Notes under the pieces: generated by a model
Databases searched by the model: none
Told to the model about the DNA's origin: nothing
The model's input: the letters and a program-made list of their open reading frames with translations, nothing else
Shown here: in pieces, positions 42,601 through 55,678 of the stretch
Numbering within the stretch: position 1 is the first letter of the stretch
How the letters are laid out: each line of letters opens with the position of its first letter
Made by a program: the position numbers and the translations under genes
Source of the DNA: Schizochytrium sp. TIO01
Lineage: Eukaryota > Protista > Bigyra: Labyrinthulomycetes
Assembly: GCA_004764695.1 (NCBI GenBank)
Contig: SMSO01000031.1
Coordinates: 3,696,436 to 3,760,435, forward strand
Reading direction: 5' to 3'
DNA length: 64,000 nucleotides

Positions 42601-45600
42601 TCACCTTGTATAGGAGGTAATATATAGTAGTATTACGATAGTATACCTCACTATTTTTTATATTTTTTCTCTTGGTTCTTTTATTTCTTAACTATGAAAA
42701 AATAGAATAGGAGCAGCTAAAGTTTTCTATTTTGAACCAGGATCCTCTATTTGATGCCTTTTTACTTGTAATGGAATCTCTTTTTTGGAGACAAAATATT
42801 CTTTGTAGTGCTTGAGGGTGGCGATAGAAGGTACATATATTACTTTTTCTAACGAACTTTTACATAATCTATACAGCAAGGTAGAAGCTTGCAATTGTTG
42901 GCGTAATTATATTCCAAATTCAACAAGTTGCGACGCATAGCTCCATCTTTTTCAATTATGTGCTCCTTTCTTGAAGAAACAGTGACGTTGGCTTAACTTC
43001 TCTAGGCTTTTGCTTTGAATCATTGGTGAAAAACTCGTACTCTTTTGATACTGCTTTCAACAAATAATGAGCAAACAAGTCAAATTTTCTATTATTCTGT
43101 TGTGGAGATCTGACTGTTCAAAAGTCATTTTGTATTTTCTGCTGATTATTCTTCGATGTACTTTTGGGATGGAATTTTCTCCTACTACGGTGATAAACAA
43201 TATTTATTATAATAATATTATATATAGGTGTAAAAGTGAGCTTGCTGCAAAGAATCTCCGATATGGCTCACGTCTATGTCCGAGCATACTCTTAGTAAAA
43301 TTATAATCCATTATCAAGACGTTTACCTCTTGAAGGACATGTAAAGTATGTTGTGGAGTTGGTTTCGAGGAAACCAAAGACTGTTTGCTCACCACCAATT
43401 ACACGATATACTTGATATTTTGGAAAATTCAGCCTTACCAAAGAGCTAGTGTAGAATCCAAGTATCATAATGTGAAGATAGTACCATTTCCAGTTTTAGT
43501 GACGATGTATTGTTTTATTACACTCGTGTATCGCAAACGCTCACGAGTACCACATCTGCTATTTCAAGAGCCCGTACTATTCTAAACATAGATTAATATG
43601 TGACACTTTTTTCAAAGTAAATGGGAAGGCGGTTCAATGCGAAGGAGAGTGGAGCGTATGGATTAAAGTTTGTGAAAGTTACACCCAAGTTCGGTCGATT
43701 TTGATTACTCAGAAATTATCGACCCCCGGTGTCCCTAATTCTCTTTATACCGCGCTCGATGCCTTATCCTTGGCAGTTGTGGACCGCCCCCCAATGCCAC
43801 AGAAATTTGTTAGTGCCTTACAAGCAATAGGTCTTTCTTCTTACTCTGTTTATTTACCAAATAACAATTCAAATCCGCAACCTCAGCAAAACAACTATTT
43901 CTCTAAACTTTTAAAGGTTGTTGGACGACAGATACGAGCAAGCTTTGCAAAGAGCTGATTGAAGAAATCTTCCAATCTATGCCTACATGCCAGCCAATCA
44001 ACAACCACGAGCTGAAAATTAATAGCCTGCTAGCATCGCAGCAGCCCAGCAGTGCAAGCATAATGCGAGTTTCTTGCCCGTCGCTGCTATATCTGCTGCG
44101 GGTATGAACTTTCTTTTGACAACTGGACGTGTGCCATTCTCTTCATCTTTAATTGTCTATAAGACATAAAAATAGCTTTTCCATTTTGATGCACTTTTTC
44201 CTTCTTTGCTTTTTTTAAGTTCATAAGAAGTTATTTTTTACTTTAAAAATTGACCATCGTCAAAGTCTACAAATCATTGTGTACGATAAATGATGGTACA
44301 GACCGCCTTTTCAGGCTTTCAACCACAAAATCGTGGTATCGTCCCTCAGAAAATGAGGTCATTAACACACCGTGGTAGTCTCATCAAGATTTTAATTTTC
44401 TGAATCGTGCAATCTCGATTATATTCAAAACACGAACATAATTGTTTTTTGGAGTAAAGTCCGTTGTTTTTCTTGCTTTCCATTATATATTATAAAATAA
44501 ACAGTAATATATACCTTGGTACTTATAGATAAAGATAGATAGTTAAAAGGGAAACGAAAGAACCTGAACGCAGAACTTCTTTTATATATATAATTTTAAT
44601 AAACTATGTTGGATTTCTAATTGAAGCATCTCCATCTCATACTCATAGATCGCCCTTGTTCTTTTTTCCTCCTCTTCCTCAAAGGTTGCTAGTAGTGGTT
44701 AGGTAGTTCTTAAATACAATACGGTTAAACCTCCTCTTCGCCCGAGAAAAGTTATTCGCCAGAATTGACACTAAAATCGCCAGCATCCAGATATTCAAAC
44801 AATTGGAACGCGTGACCAATCAGTTCAACACCACAAAGCTCCACCCACCCACTTCAGATTAATTTAATAAATACTTTGAAATACTTTGAAACAAAATTTA
44901 TTTTTACTCGCAGCTCGTAGCAAATTGCTATAAAGCCTAGTCGGCTCGATCGTTGGCTAATAAACCCTTCTGTGGTAAGAAGGGCCACTCGCGGACCACG
45001 TGGGAATTCCTCTCCTCCGTGTCATGCATAGTTGTTTTTATTTTAGTCTGTCATTTTATTAAAGATCAATCATGCTTGAGTATTGTAGCCTTCTATTTGA
45101 AAGGTGGTGAGATGTTTGCTGCAATTTAGTATTCCGTTATATCTAGTGCAAGGACAACGGGGAGTGGGAAATGCACGTTGGTGGCAATAACAAGTCTGTC
45201 CCTCCTGGCCTTTTACGCTGATCCAGGCGATCCAAGTAAACGAGAAAAAGAAAAAAAAAAAAAGCATAAGACAGGTGGGGGGGAGGGTGCAGGAAGTGAT
45301 GTTGTCATTTGCTTCATGTCGGCCACAAGACATCTTCAGTGTCCTTTGCGTTGCTTATTTTAAAGACGGCGAAACACAACGACTAGTACAAGACTTTTTG
45401 GCGCTCACTGCGTAGGCGTCATTTTCTTATCAACTTGAGTTGTTAAATTTTTCGATAATAACTATAATGTTAACTGGTTAATACTAAAAAGAGTATTGCT
45501 TATGGTTCAGTTTATGCAATCTTCTCCACCAGCCACCCTCACATCTTCTTCAATTATTCTATATAGAAAGTGCTACAGAATTTTTACTGCGGCCAAGTAT

Positions 45601-47194
45601 GATAATAGTCTTCAACTAACTAGAAATCTTTAAAACCACAGAAACCTTGTCTGCGCAGTTCTTTTATTCATGCAGTCCACGCATGATTGGCATGAGCAAT
45701 CTTTTTTTATCTCGAAAGTATTGCTATGTTAAACGAAAACGATGTATACTCACGCACTACAGCATTTTAAGTTCTCTTATCTCACCAGTCAGTATCTCTG
45801 GTCGCCAGAGGTCTGAGCATACATAAAATCCAAGTTTTTATGTTCAGCTCTCCTCATTCAACGTTTAACCGTTTCAATTCAATTTTTGAACAAGGTATTT
45901 TGCAGAAGAAAAGCCATCTAAGAAACTTTCTTGAAAACTATTTTCTTGAATGCTAGCTACTTATTCTATTTTCCTTTTAAGTTATTAACGCCTAAAGCAT
46001 CACTGCATAATAGGAAACATTTTGCACCCACCAACTTTCTATATGGGGCCCGAGGCTCTCCTATTCATAGCAAATCACTCCCTAAGGTCGCCCGAAACTC
46101 AAACACTCTAAGAATCTGTCTTTGACTTCTTACTCTTTGGACTTTTAGCCTACGCGTGGCTGCAATAGTCTTTATCGAGGCAGAAACAAGCAGGGCAAAG
46201 TGCTTTGAACCTTTAAGATTCGCTAGAAAGAAAACGGAACTCGGACATCCGCAAAAGACAATATATGCAATTCTTCTCAAGCGTACTAAAAAGAAAAGAA
46301 CTAAAGCCAATTTTATTTTAAGTAAAAAGTGTGATGTATATCCAGAAGCTAGCATTTTTTTCCGGATTGCCAACGTTTTACACAACAATTCTTTTACATT
46401 AATTAATAAGATTTCGTCACGCCTGAAAGAGGAATGACATCATCAAAAACCTAAACATCGAAGAACACAAAACCACTTCACTCAAGTTCACTCCCATATA
46501 GGAAAGCGCTAGCTGCTAATGAGCTTGCAGCAACAATAAACGCTGTAAAATGTACTTCTGCACATTCGCGGGAATTTAAGATCGGGTTTTGCAGTCTGAG
46601 AAATTTTCAGATTTATTTGAAGTCCAGTCAACTGCGGGACATATTTTATCAAATTGAATTATTTTAGAGCTTTAAAAATAATATGTTGCATCCCAGATGC
46701 AGAAGAACATATCAATTTCCCTAGTACTGGATTTACTCCACCACCACATTTTCAAGAACTACAATTCTTGAAATATATGCCGACAGATGGGTCGTCAGGT
46801 AAAACAGCTTGATGATGATCTGCCCAATTCAATCTACACATCCGGATCGGGACCTTTTCAAACAACACTGCGGTTCCTCTTTTGATTTGTTCTATGAGCT
46901 TTTGAAAGCAGGTTCCAAAAGGTCATTAATATTGAGAATTTATCTTGTTATTTCTTGAAGGAAAATGGTATTTATTATTATCATTTATTCTAGCAAGAAC
47001 CATTTTAGTCCCTTTTTGTTCAATGCGCTACGCTTAATGGTTGCGCAAAATTTAGGCGAAGCATGTATCGCAGTCGCATTGCAAAAGCTCGTTGACTATG
47101 ACTTTTATCAAGTTCAAGTATTTTGAAGGCGTAGGGGGGCTAGGACGTTACACGTGCATCGTGTTGAAGTTTAAAGCTCTCAGCATAAATGCAA

Positions 47195-47225
<31 letters not shown>

Positions 47226-47230
47226 AAAAA
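47195..47230. repeat. Adjacent poly-C and poly-A homopolymers
   Basis: Directly visible. Confidence 0.9.
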
Positions 47231-48147
47231 CTCATGAAAGACAGCAAAACGGGGGTGATTGTGACTTCCGTTCTCATTTTGCATCTGCATTTCATTATCT
47301 ATCTTTTTTAATTTAAAATTTCGAATGAACATACATTTATTTCTAATAATCTTAATTCGGCACTAAGTATGCCGTGAATTTATAATAATAATCAGAGAAG
47401 GAATATAGAAAAGTAAGCTACTAATAGGTTCGTATTCGATAAAGTGATTTAATTTACAATCACATTAGATAAGAGGGACTCGGTACGTTTCTTCGGGTAA
47501 GCTTACACTTTACAACCGCCACGCTTGTTCCCTGAGCAATGGAATTCTGTTATTTAGTTTAACTTTTAAGAGAATAAAAATTGCAATAGAAAGAGATAGT
47601 TGCAAAACAATATGAGCATTTTACTTTCGTTCAATGTCTCTTATTTTTATATCAATTTGAAGTATGTACATTATATTTGTCAATTTATGAATAATAATCA
47701 ATGTTATCATTCATAGTTTATATGACCTTTTCATTCTCCCATAAATATTTGGTTTCATGAATGATAGCATCGGTCATCAGGCATTAGATAAAATCGAACA
47801 CCAGTATTGAGGCAATACAGCATGCAGAAAGATTTGCGAAGCAATCAAAATACAGAGAAACTAGTTTTCGAAGTTAACACACAGAAATCACAAGATAATG
47901 CAAGCTTTTTTCATTTAATTGTTGATTGAGGGGAAATGTGATTCCGTTTTTTTACTGTAAGAGAATAGAATCAACAGGGAACTTTCTCCTGCTCTTTAAA
48001 CAAACAAAAAAAATAAGGGAGTGAATTGTCTATATTATTGAAAATGACAGGAGCATGTTATGTACATGAATACAAATTTGCTTGTGCTTTATGTTTTCTA
48101 TCAACAGAATGCCTGTGTATAGCCAATTTTAGGGGCTCCCTTAGTAT

Positions 48148-49497
48148 CTACTGAAGCTCTCGCACAATTACGGGCGATGCATCTGAGTCTGGGTCTTCGA
48201 TATCTTTTCGGCTTTGAATCAGCATTAGCTCGCCGTTTGGGTTAATTCCTTCCTGCTTACCGTGTCTGGTTCGTCCAACTACTGCGTGCATAGTAGCACA
48301 TGCGCGAACCACACACTCCTTGATGTCTCCATTTCGACGTTCCATCCAAGCTAACAAGAGGGCCGCAATCAGGTCACCTGTTCCTGTGTAATGACCATCA
48401 ATCTTCGGTTGGGCTGCCTCAATCAAACGTGGCTCATCAGAGTCCTTTAAATCATCTGTAATTGAGCTTGCAAGAAGAATTAATTCATCAGGTCTATCCT
48501 CGAAGTCGCAAGACGTCAGGACTACGGTCTTTACACCTCGTCTATGCAAAATCAAGAACGCAGCCTTCGCGGAGGCCAGATCACTAACCGCTGTTTCAGT
48601 CAATAACTCAAGTTCAAACTGGTTAGGGGTCAGAACACTTGCAGCTGGTACGACCTCGGATTTGTAAACCTCAATGAGCTCCGCAGGAACATAGAGCTTG
48701 CCTTTGTCACCTAAAACAGGGTCACAATAGTACCGCACATCTGGGTTCTCAGAGCGAAGCGCTTTCAGCACATCGAGAACTTGTCGTAAGAAAGACACAG
48801 AGCCAATATACCCAGTGAGCAAACATGTGTAGAAGCGCACAAGGTTGTTATTCTGGAGGCCTTCGAGCAAGGCAGCCAATTGAGTACCATTCATAACATC
48901 GCCTTTCCAACCATTTTTATATCCAGTGTGATTGGAAAATTGCACGCTATTAATGGGATCTACATCAAATCCAAGCAGCTGTAGAGGGAAAACAGCGGAC
49001 TTATTGCCAACATAGCCTGTGGCGGACGAGAAAGCCAAAGAAACCATACAATCATTAGTTAATGAAAACTCACGACGGACACTTTTGTGATATTTGGATT
49101 CAAAGAACAACGTACCATGGACAGTATGGGATTGAATGCTCAATACCCGACCCCAGACTGTGAGAAGATAATATCAGGTTATTGATGCAAGAGATCAGAA
49201 ACAAAATGTCAGTGTCAGCCCTACCAAAGATACACCATAGATTCACATCCTCAGCCCACATTGTTGCTGTTACACCGTCTCAAGCAAATGATCATTTCTT
49301 TGAAGTGTTTTATTGTGTAGTTGTTGCTCAATCTTCACCGACTCATGCAACCTACCGTGTTCAAAGCTCTCAGAATAGGTACGAACTGCTCGTGGTAAAG
49401 ACGAGGTAATTTGAACTTTCCCTGCAACCGTGGAGGTTGAGGCCTCCTTCTTACTACCTGGCGCCTGGGAAGGCGATGGTGATTCCTGTGACGACAT
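48148..49497 (-). CDS. PDXK: Pyridoxal kinase (ribokinase fold), 3 exons: 49497-49356, 49157-49116, 49016-48148; 350 aa
   Basis: Spliced product reads ...[46 protein letters not shown]...LTGYIG...CDPVLGD...LTPNQFE...TGTGD, all pyridoxal kinase signatures. Both introns are GT-AG and phase-1 compatible. Exon 1 (MSSQESPS...SFEH) is inferred from splice phase only. Confidence 0.93.
49017..49115 (-). other. Spliceosomal intron 2 of PDXK (99 nt)
   Basis: G|GTACGT donor, ACTAAT branch-like site, pyrimidine tract and CACAG| acceptor. Removal restores the conserved [11 protein letters not shown] motif. Confidence 0.9.
49158..49355 (-). other. Spliceosomal intron 1 of PDXK (198 nt)
   Basis: CACG|GTAGGT donor and TTCTCACAG| acceptor. 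Joins an ATG-initiated exon in the correct frame. Confidence 0.7.
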
Positions 49498-51360
49498 CAA
49501 TCCTAGTATTCGCTACTGCCGACGCAAAGCCTTCCCGTTGCTACAACTCTCAACTTTTGTGTGTCTGTCTGCTGCTTCTATTGCATGTGTCGCTTCGAGT
49601 TGGTGTGCTCTCTTCGTCGTTCGCAAGTAGCAGATAGGTAGTACTAAGATTAAGGCTACCTACGGATTATCCAGCCATATGCCCCTTATAGTGGTAACTA
49701 TAGAAGCTCGATGTTGAGGCTTTCTTTCTTCTTGCAAAGCATCCAAATCTGAGGCAACTCCTTGAAGTCTTTGAGCTTATTAAAGACATCAAACCATGTC
49801 AATCTATCATTACAAAACGCCTCTGCTCTCTACAATAGTAATCTTTTGTTGCACTCATCACTTCTTGTGTACTGATAACACAGTATGCACTCGCTTCTAC
49901 ATGTTATAAATGAAGTCATTATGTTCATAGCAGTGTGTTTGAAATTATTCGCGATTAATTTGTTGAGAGAGAACAGAAGTGATTTGACGTTGAGGTCTTC
50001 GCGTGAATTTCGTTCCAAGAGAAAGTGGTCTCCAAACTCTGAATACTTTCAATAATACTGGTAGTATCTTTTTGAGTATCCGTATTCTCGGGACATAAAG
50101 AGTTAATGGTCCTTAGCAGTAGAATATTCTTGCAGGTCATTAAGCTCTACAGGAATGTAGTTCCTTGTAAACTTTGTAGTGGTACTTTGATCTGCATATT
50201 CTAAAATCTGCGGTGGAGGCACAACTTTCCACAAATTGATGGCTTCACGCAAAGTTGGGATTGTTGTTTCGTGCAAGTCGATGTTTGTCGACAAAAACCT
50301 AGCACGCTTTTTCAATGTCTTCATCTTCAGACTGTGTTTAGTTTTCTCCAGGTTTTTGACCTTATCAATTTCTCGCGTCGTTCGGGTTCTTGTTTCATCC
50401 TGTTGTTTGTTGTAGTGACAGAGCGCAGTTTCGTGCAAGGGTCTCTGTGGTGTTTGGGACACATACTCACGCCACCGCATTCTGCCTTCCTCCGCGGTAC
50501 AAGGCTTAGATGTTGCAAGCTTGAAGTCATGCTGGGGTAGCATAGCGTTGGGTGCTTGGATTCTGATGGGGAGTGCTTGGTACAAATGAAAAGCATTACT
50601 AATATCTGTACCATATGGTAATCATTACATAACTTCTATTATTTTAAAAATAGACTATTTAGTATTCAAAGTATATGTATATCCATCCACCTATCCAATG
50701 GATGTTTTGACTCGACGAAACTTGCCTCTCACTGGGTGGGTGGCTAGATAGTAACAGAATGGGCTAGCAAAGAATTACCTACTGCATCCTGATGATCCTA
50801 AACGCCGTACGCCGTGAACCCTGTGCATGCGCGCAAGAACGTGTATCGCAACTTTTATTTAGGCTCAAAGATTTCTTTACCTGCCCAAAGTGTTTCATGA
50901 GCGTACTTCACTATTTGAAGCAGCATCACTGTGTCTCTATAGTGTCTCCTAACTGGCGTCTAGAATCACATCCAGTTTCAGGCTTTTGTTTTGCGAAAGG
51001 ACATGATTTCATCGTACTTCCACCTCATGTTGCAATTAGGCATTCAGGGAAGGATTCGCCAGTTTGCGTATTGCTCGGTCCTCTGATACCTACCTTCCTA
51101 CCTACCTACTTACTACCTGTAGGATATTACTTCACCGTGCTGGTAGTACACAAGACGAAAGGAAATCAAATCGCCCTTCATTGCACGTACCGAGGATCGA
51201 ATCCAGCTGCGACAAAGTAGTCTTGCAGCAATTCTGCAAACCGGCAACGTCGTGACAAGCTCATTACCTTGAAGAGCCGAGTGGTTGCAGAAGCTGAGGG
51301 TACTAGAACGAGCAAAGACCTTGAGTAGTTTAAGAGCACGAACGATTCGTGTCCCACAAG

Positions 51361-52464
51361 ATGGCGAGCAACATCATAAGTCTTGCTGGCGATTTCCTGC
51401 CGAGACTACCCAAGAAATGGCCTTACATTCTTGGACTTGTTGCGGCCTACTATGGAATCCGAGAGCTTGCTCCGCAGCTTTTTGAAAAGAAGATTAGCGG
51501 GGACGTTGCTGTCATCACTGGAGGCGGATCGGGTATTGGAAGGCTTATGGCCCATCGTCTTGCCAAAGAAGGCTGTTCCGTGGCCATCATAGACGTGAAC
51601 TTTCAAGGTGCGCAGCAAGTAGCTGATGAGTGCAAAGCTCTAGGTGTTACTGCTCGGGCATACCAGTGCGATGTGACGAAGCATGAGATGGTGTACGAGG
51701 TGGCTGAAAGGATTGAAGGAGACTTTGGCCGTGCTGATATCATTATCAATAATGCAGGCATTGTTGATGGCAACAAGCTCGTTGATGCTGATGATGCAAG
51801 GATGGAGCTAGTCCTCAAAGTTAACACACATGCGATCCTATGGGTCACGAAGGCCTTTCTCCCCGGTATGATCAAACGTGACCATGGTCACGTTGTCATT
51901 ATTGCTAGCTCCGCTGGCCGTGTCGGTGTACCTAATATGGTAGCTTACAACGCTTCTAAATTCGGAGCTGTTGGCGCTGGAGAAGGAATTCGCTTAGAAT
52001 TGCAGAAGATGGGAACAAAGATTAAGTGCACTACAGTGTGTCCCATGTGTAAGTTTATAGTTGCTTGTTAATGACATGATGCTTTATCCCTACTAGAGCA
52101 AAAGACGACGGAAAAGGAATTGTAATAAAAACTAACGTGTTAGCTAAATGATTCTACACTGCCAACAAATATGAAAATAACAGACATATCCACCGGAATG
52201 TTTGAGGGTGCAAAACTACAGCCAAAGTTTAAATTCCTTGAAGGCATTGTCAATGCACTTTTCCCTATCTTAGAACCCCAGTATGCAGCTGATTCAACTA
52301 TTCAAGCAATCAAGCGTAACCAAGAGCTCCTTGTGATGCCAGCCATGGCCTATACAACTACCATCCTTCAAGGTCTCTTTCCGGTCTCTGTCACAGACAA
52401 AATCCTTGATGATCTTGGCGTCTCGTCTTCAATGGATCATTTTAAGCAGACACGGCCAACCTAA
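51361..52464 (+). CDS. Short-chain dehydrogenase/reductase, SDR16C-like (RDH10/RDHE2/17betaHSD11 type); exons 51361-52048 and 52184-52464; 322 aa
   Basis: TGGGSGIG cofactor motif, CDV, NNAG, catalytic S...YNASK. Splicing gives TTVCPMYISTGMF, matching the family VCPxxIxTGMF motif. Hydrophobic N-terminal anchor. Confidence 0.92.
52049..52183 (+). other. Spliceosomal intron of SDR gene (135 nt)
   Basis: GTAAGT donor, ACTAAC branch point at 52131, AACAG acceptor. Links track ORFs 51349..52071 and 52171..52464. Confidence 0.9.
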
Positions 52465-53884
52465 TTCTCTAAGATGAAACTTGAGCCCACCATATTTGTG
52501 AAGAACCAAGAGGGCTCATGATCCTTCAAAATGCAATCAGGTTTATGTCACACGAAAGGGACAGAGTATATCTTACAATTTATTTCTATTAAACTAAGGA
52601 TATGGGAGATGTGGTTGATGGAATCATGTCTTTGCTTTAAACTAAAGTAATTCATTCTATTTTCTCTTTGCTTACCTTGTTTCACACTGAGCCGTAAATA
52701 AAGTTGTGATTGCCTTTAAAACATAGATCTTTGTCTGAAATTCCCTATCTAACACGCATCTACCGTGACTCCGTGTATACTGAAGCTTGATTTGACAAAA
52801 AGAGGAAGAAATAAAAACGTTTGCCCCTTGGTCTCTGTCAGTGAGTAGAGATTCACTTGCCAATATAGCTCATCTGGTTTGAGGCATAAACGCATGCAAA
52901 CTTCATTGTAATCACTGTCCGATAGGTTTCGATACCTTCTGCACCCAATTATTGAAAGTAATTATGCAATGATGTTCTGTACGAGATGAGAATGAATGTC
53001 GTCCCGCGATAGGAACCTGAATCTATAATTAAGTTAGTTAAAAATTGATGTTTAGCGGCATGGCCAGGTTGATGGTGATTATTGTTTTAGTAGAAGAAAT
53101 TGATTACACCAATCAAGTGTAAATAAGTTGCCAATCTATTGATTTGACCTCTAAGAGAAGCCAGGCTGCTTCAACTACCACTGTTCCATTCCTGCACGGG
53201 CTGATACTCCCCGATGTCCGTAAAGAGCATTAACGCGATGACTGGATCCAACGAACTTCGTATCTGGGCTGATAGGCTCTTGAACCAAGCGTAAGAACAA
53301 GTAACAGTAGCACGTAGGAACAAGTAACTGCACCCCCACGTGCTACTGTAAATGCTTCAATGATATTCATCAATAACGTAATTCATCATGGGTTCATCAA
53401 AGAAAAGGGTCAAGATCTTTTGAAACATTACCCTCCTTCGCAAGTTTGGTCTGTTTATTACAATTTACAAACTAAGAACAGAGGGAAATTCAAGATTTAG
53501 ACTTAAGGTCGATCAAAGACTCATCAAGAAATAGAGGAGAAAAAGAAGAAAAAGGAAAAATAAAAGGATAAAGCAATATTGACTTTCCAGCTTCGTAATC
53601 GTAATATTCATTTCATTGATTACTATAAGCTATCGATAGTTCTCCAATAATACACATCTGCCGACTCTCAAATCCCCAGATAGAGCCAAGGAACCTTCTT
53701 CCAGTATTTCGTAGGATATCGTACAGACAGAAAACACATTTCTGAGGACTTAAGTGATTGTTGGATCCCTTTGAGGGGATTTTACATGGTGATATGGTGG
53801 AGCAGTATACAGCTGTCAAAGCCTTCGCGAAGAGCTACACATGAAAGGATGCGTTTGTCAAAATTTAAGCTGAATAGCCTAAAC

Positions 53885-55078
53885 TTACAAAATACTAGGT
53901 TCTCCTTCCTTTTTAGGCAATAGGGACGACGCTGGTTGCCCTGCCTCTAGAACTTCGAGGATGGTTTCAAGCGACACCCAACGAATGCGTTGAGGAGTGT
54001 CAGCACCAAAATCAGTAAGTGGACCTATCAACATATGCATATGCAGATAGCCTACACTAGGCCGCGAGTGAAATCCGAAACGGACAGCGTTAGGTTCAAG
54101 CCAGGCGAGATTGTCGCCGCGACCCTTCACTACGTCAATGAAGTAGCCTTTGTTGGCTTGTAGATATACAAGAGACTCTTCTCGCATTGTGTACAACAAA
54201 GGAAGGTGTTCTGGCCTGAGGTCATATAACCATTTGAGTGAAACCACTGCTTCGTTTGAGCTCGGCGTAGACATTACAAGTTCTGCTCGGGGCACGATAA
54301 GCATGTGCCATATGGAAGCCATATCACGACCACCGATGCCACGAAAAGCAACCACATGCTTACTAACGATATGAAAACCTAGCCTTCCACTTCCACCAGG
54401 GCGCTCTGGCACCTTAATCCCACTTGTAAATGGTAAAAAAACCGAGATTCCTAGCTTCATACTTAGATCTGTAAGAATTGCTGCCTCGTGATTCTCAAAT
54501 GGAGCCTCGCGAGGATAATCAAATGAAGATACAAGCTGTTGATAAACACTTGGCTCTTTTTCTTCAAGTGTCAGGTTCAACAGATAACATTTGACTCCAT
54601 GGGCATCTTCAATGCTTTCAGAACTTAGAATAGTGCGCAAATCCTCGTTTGAAATTTCAAAAGGTATGCTTCGGTCTTTCCGCATACTTTCTCGCATAGC
54701 GCAGGTGTCAAGGGCCTCCCTTTGCAAGTCAGCATGCCATTTTTCTAAAGTTTTCTTGTCAAATTCCCCGAGAGAAACATCTTTCACAGACTGGCGAACT
54801 CCAGAGGCACCACTTGATTGGAGATACTCCCCGCACTTTGATTTTGCAGCTACTTTAGAGGCCTGGCTTACAGCCGACTCACAAATATACTTCCGTGCAG
54901 TAGCGCACTGGCCCATCCCCTCAACTTGGGCTTGTGAGTCGTGCTGCTCGCCGTAGTCCTTACTTTGGTCCGGACTTAAGCTTTCAAGAACTATGTTGTG
55001 GTTGTGCTGCCCAGAATTCTTAAGACTTCTAGTTTTATCGGCGTCCTTTGAAGAACCTCGATGGATAGCTCCCTCCAT
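53885..55078 (-). CDS. HIT-superfamily protein (aprataxin/DcpS-C/HINT3-like C-terminal domain) with unknown N-terminal region, 397 aa
   Basis: ATG-initiated 397 aa ORF. HMLIVPR, DLRPEHLPLL and RFGFHSRPSVGYLHMHML resemble the aprataxin/DcpS-type GxH..PS..HxHxH signature. Confidence 0.75.
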   Translation of the reverse strand: MEGAIHRGSSKDADKTRSLKNSGQHNHNIVLESLSPDQSKDYGEQHDSQAQVEGMGQCATARKYICESAVSQASKVAAKSKCGEYLQSSGASGVRQSVKDVSLGEFDKKTLEKWHADLQREALDTCAMRESMRKDRSIPFEISNEDLRTILSSESIEDAHGVKCYLLNLTLEEKEPSVYQQLVSSFDYPREAPFENHEAAILTDLSMKLGISVFLPFTSGIKVPERPGGSGRLGFHIVSKHVVAFRGIGGRDMASIWHMLIVPRAELVMSTPSSNEAVVSLKWLYDLRPEHLPLLYTMREESLVYLQANKGYFIDVVKGRGDNLAWLEPNAVRFGFHSRPSVGYLHMHMLIGPLTDFGADTPQRIRWVSLETILEVLEAGQPASSLLPKKEGEPSIL

Positions 55079-55558
55079 ATCCCATATACGTTCTATTGAC
55101 TGGTCAAAACCCTTTAATCAATTAATTCTCTCAGAACGAGTTTCGTAGTCGTCGTGATGCCTTTATCAATTAGCGATACCCCCAAACACGATTTGCTAAA
55201 AGTGGTAAATGGTTATCAGTCAGCACTTCTAGTTATTCCTGCTACCGATTATCCGCCCCGAAAAATTACATAAAGAATAAGGTTTGGTTCAAGTTTTGCA
55301 GATCTCAATTAGTCGAGAAAGCCCTTTTGCAAAATAATTACGATGTGCAGAATGTATCCTGGGTGTATTCCAAAGGTTTTGTTTGAATCAGTGAATAATG
55401 AGTCCTCAAACTCTGCGCTTATCCGAATCAGCAGCGTCTACAATCTAGAATGATCCTGTTTGGCCACGGCACGCTTCCGCTTTGGTTTTGCGGCGCTGCG
55501 CTCTTAGCCTGATGGAATAGGTGCTGGAATTGAATGCACCAGGTGGAGCGTGTCCTGT

Positions 55559-55678
55559 CCGAGAAGAAGCAGAGATCAAGGTGAACGTCGCAAAAAAGAA
55601 GGGAATTGACGGAAGCTGGTCTACAGCCAACAACTCGTTGACAGGGTCATTGATTAGACAATTGATTTCGATCTGAGC
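55559..55678 (+). repeat. ~120-bp direct repeat, copy 1
   Basis: Matches 56807-56927 with two internal substitutions and a small difference near the 5' end. Confidence 0.95.

Noticed and set aside
51186-51215. GGATCGAATCC, resembling a tRNA T-arm/B-box
   Set aside because: No acceptor, D or anticodon stems could be built around it.
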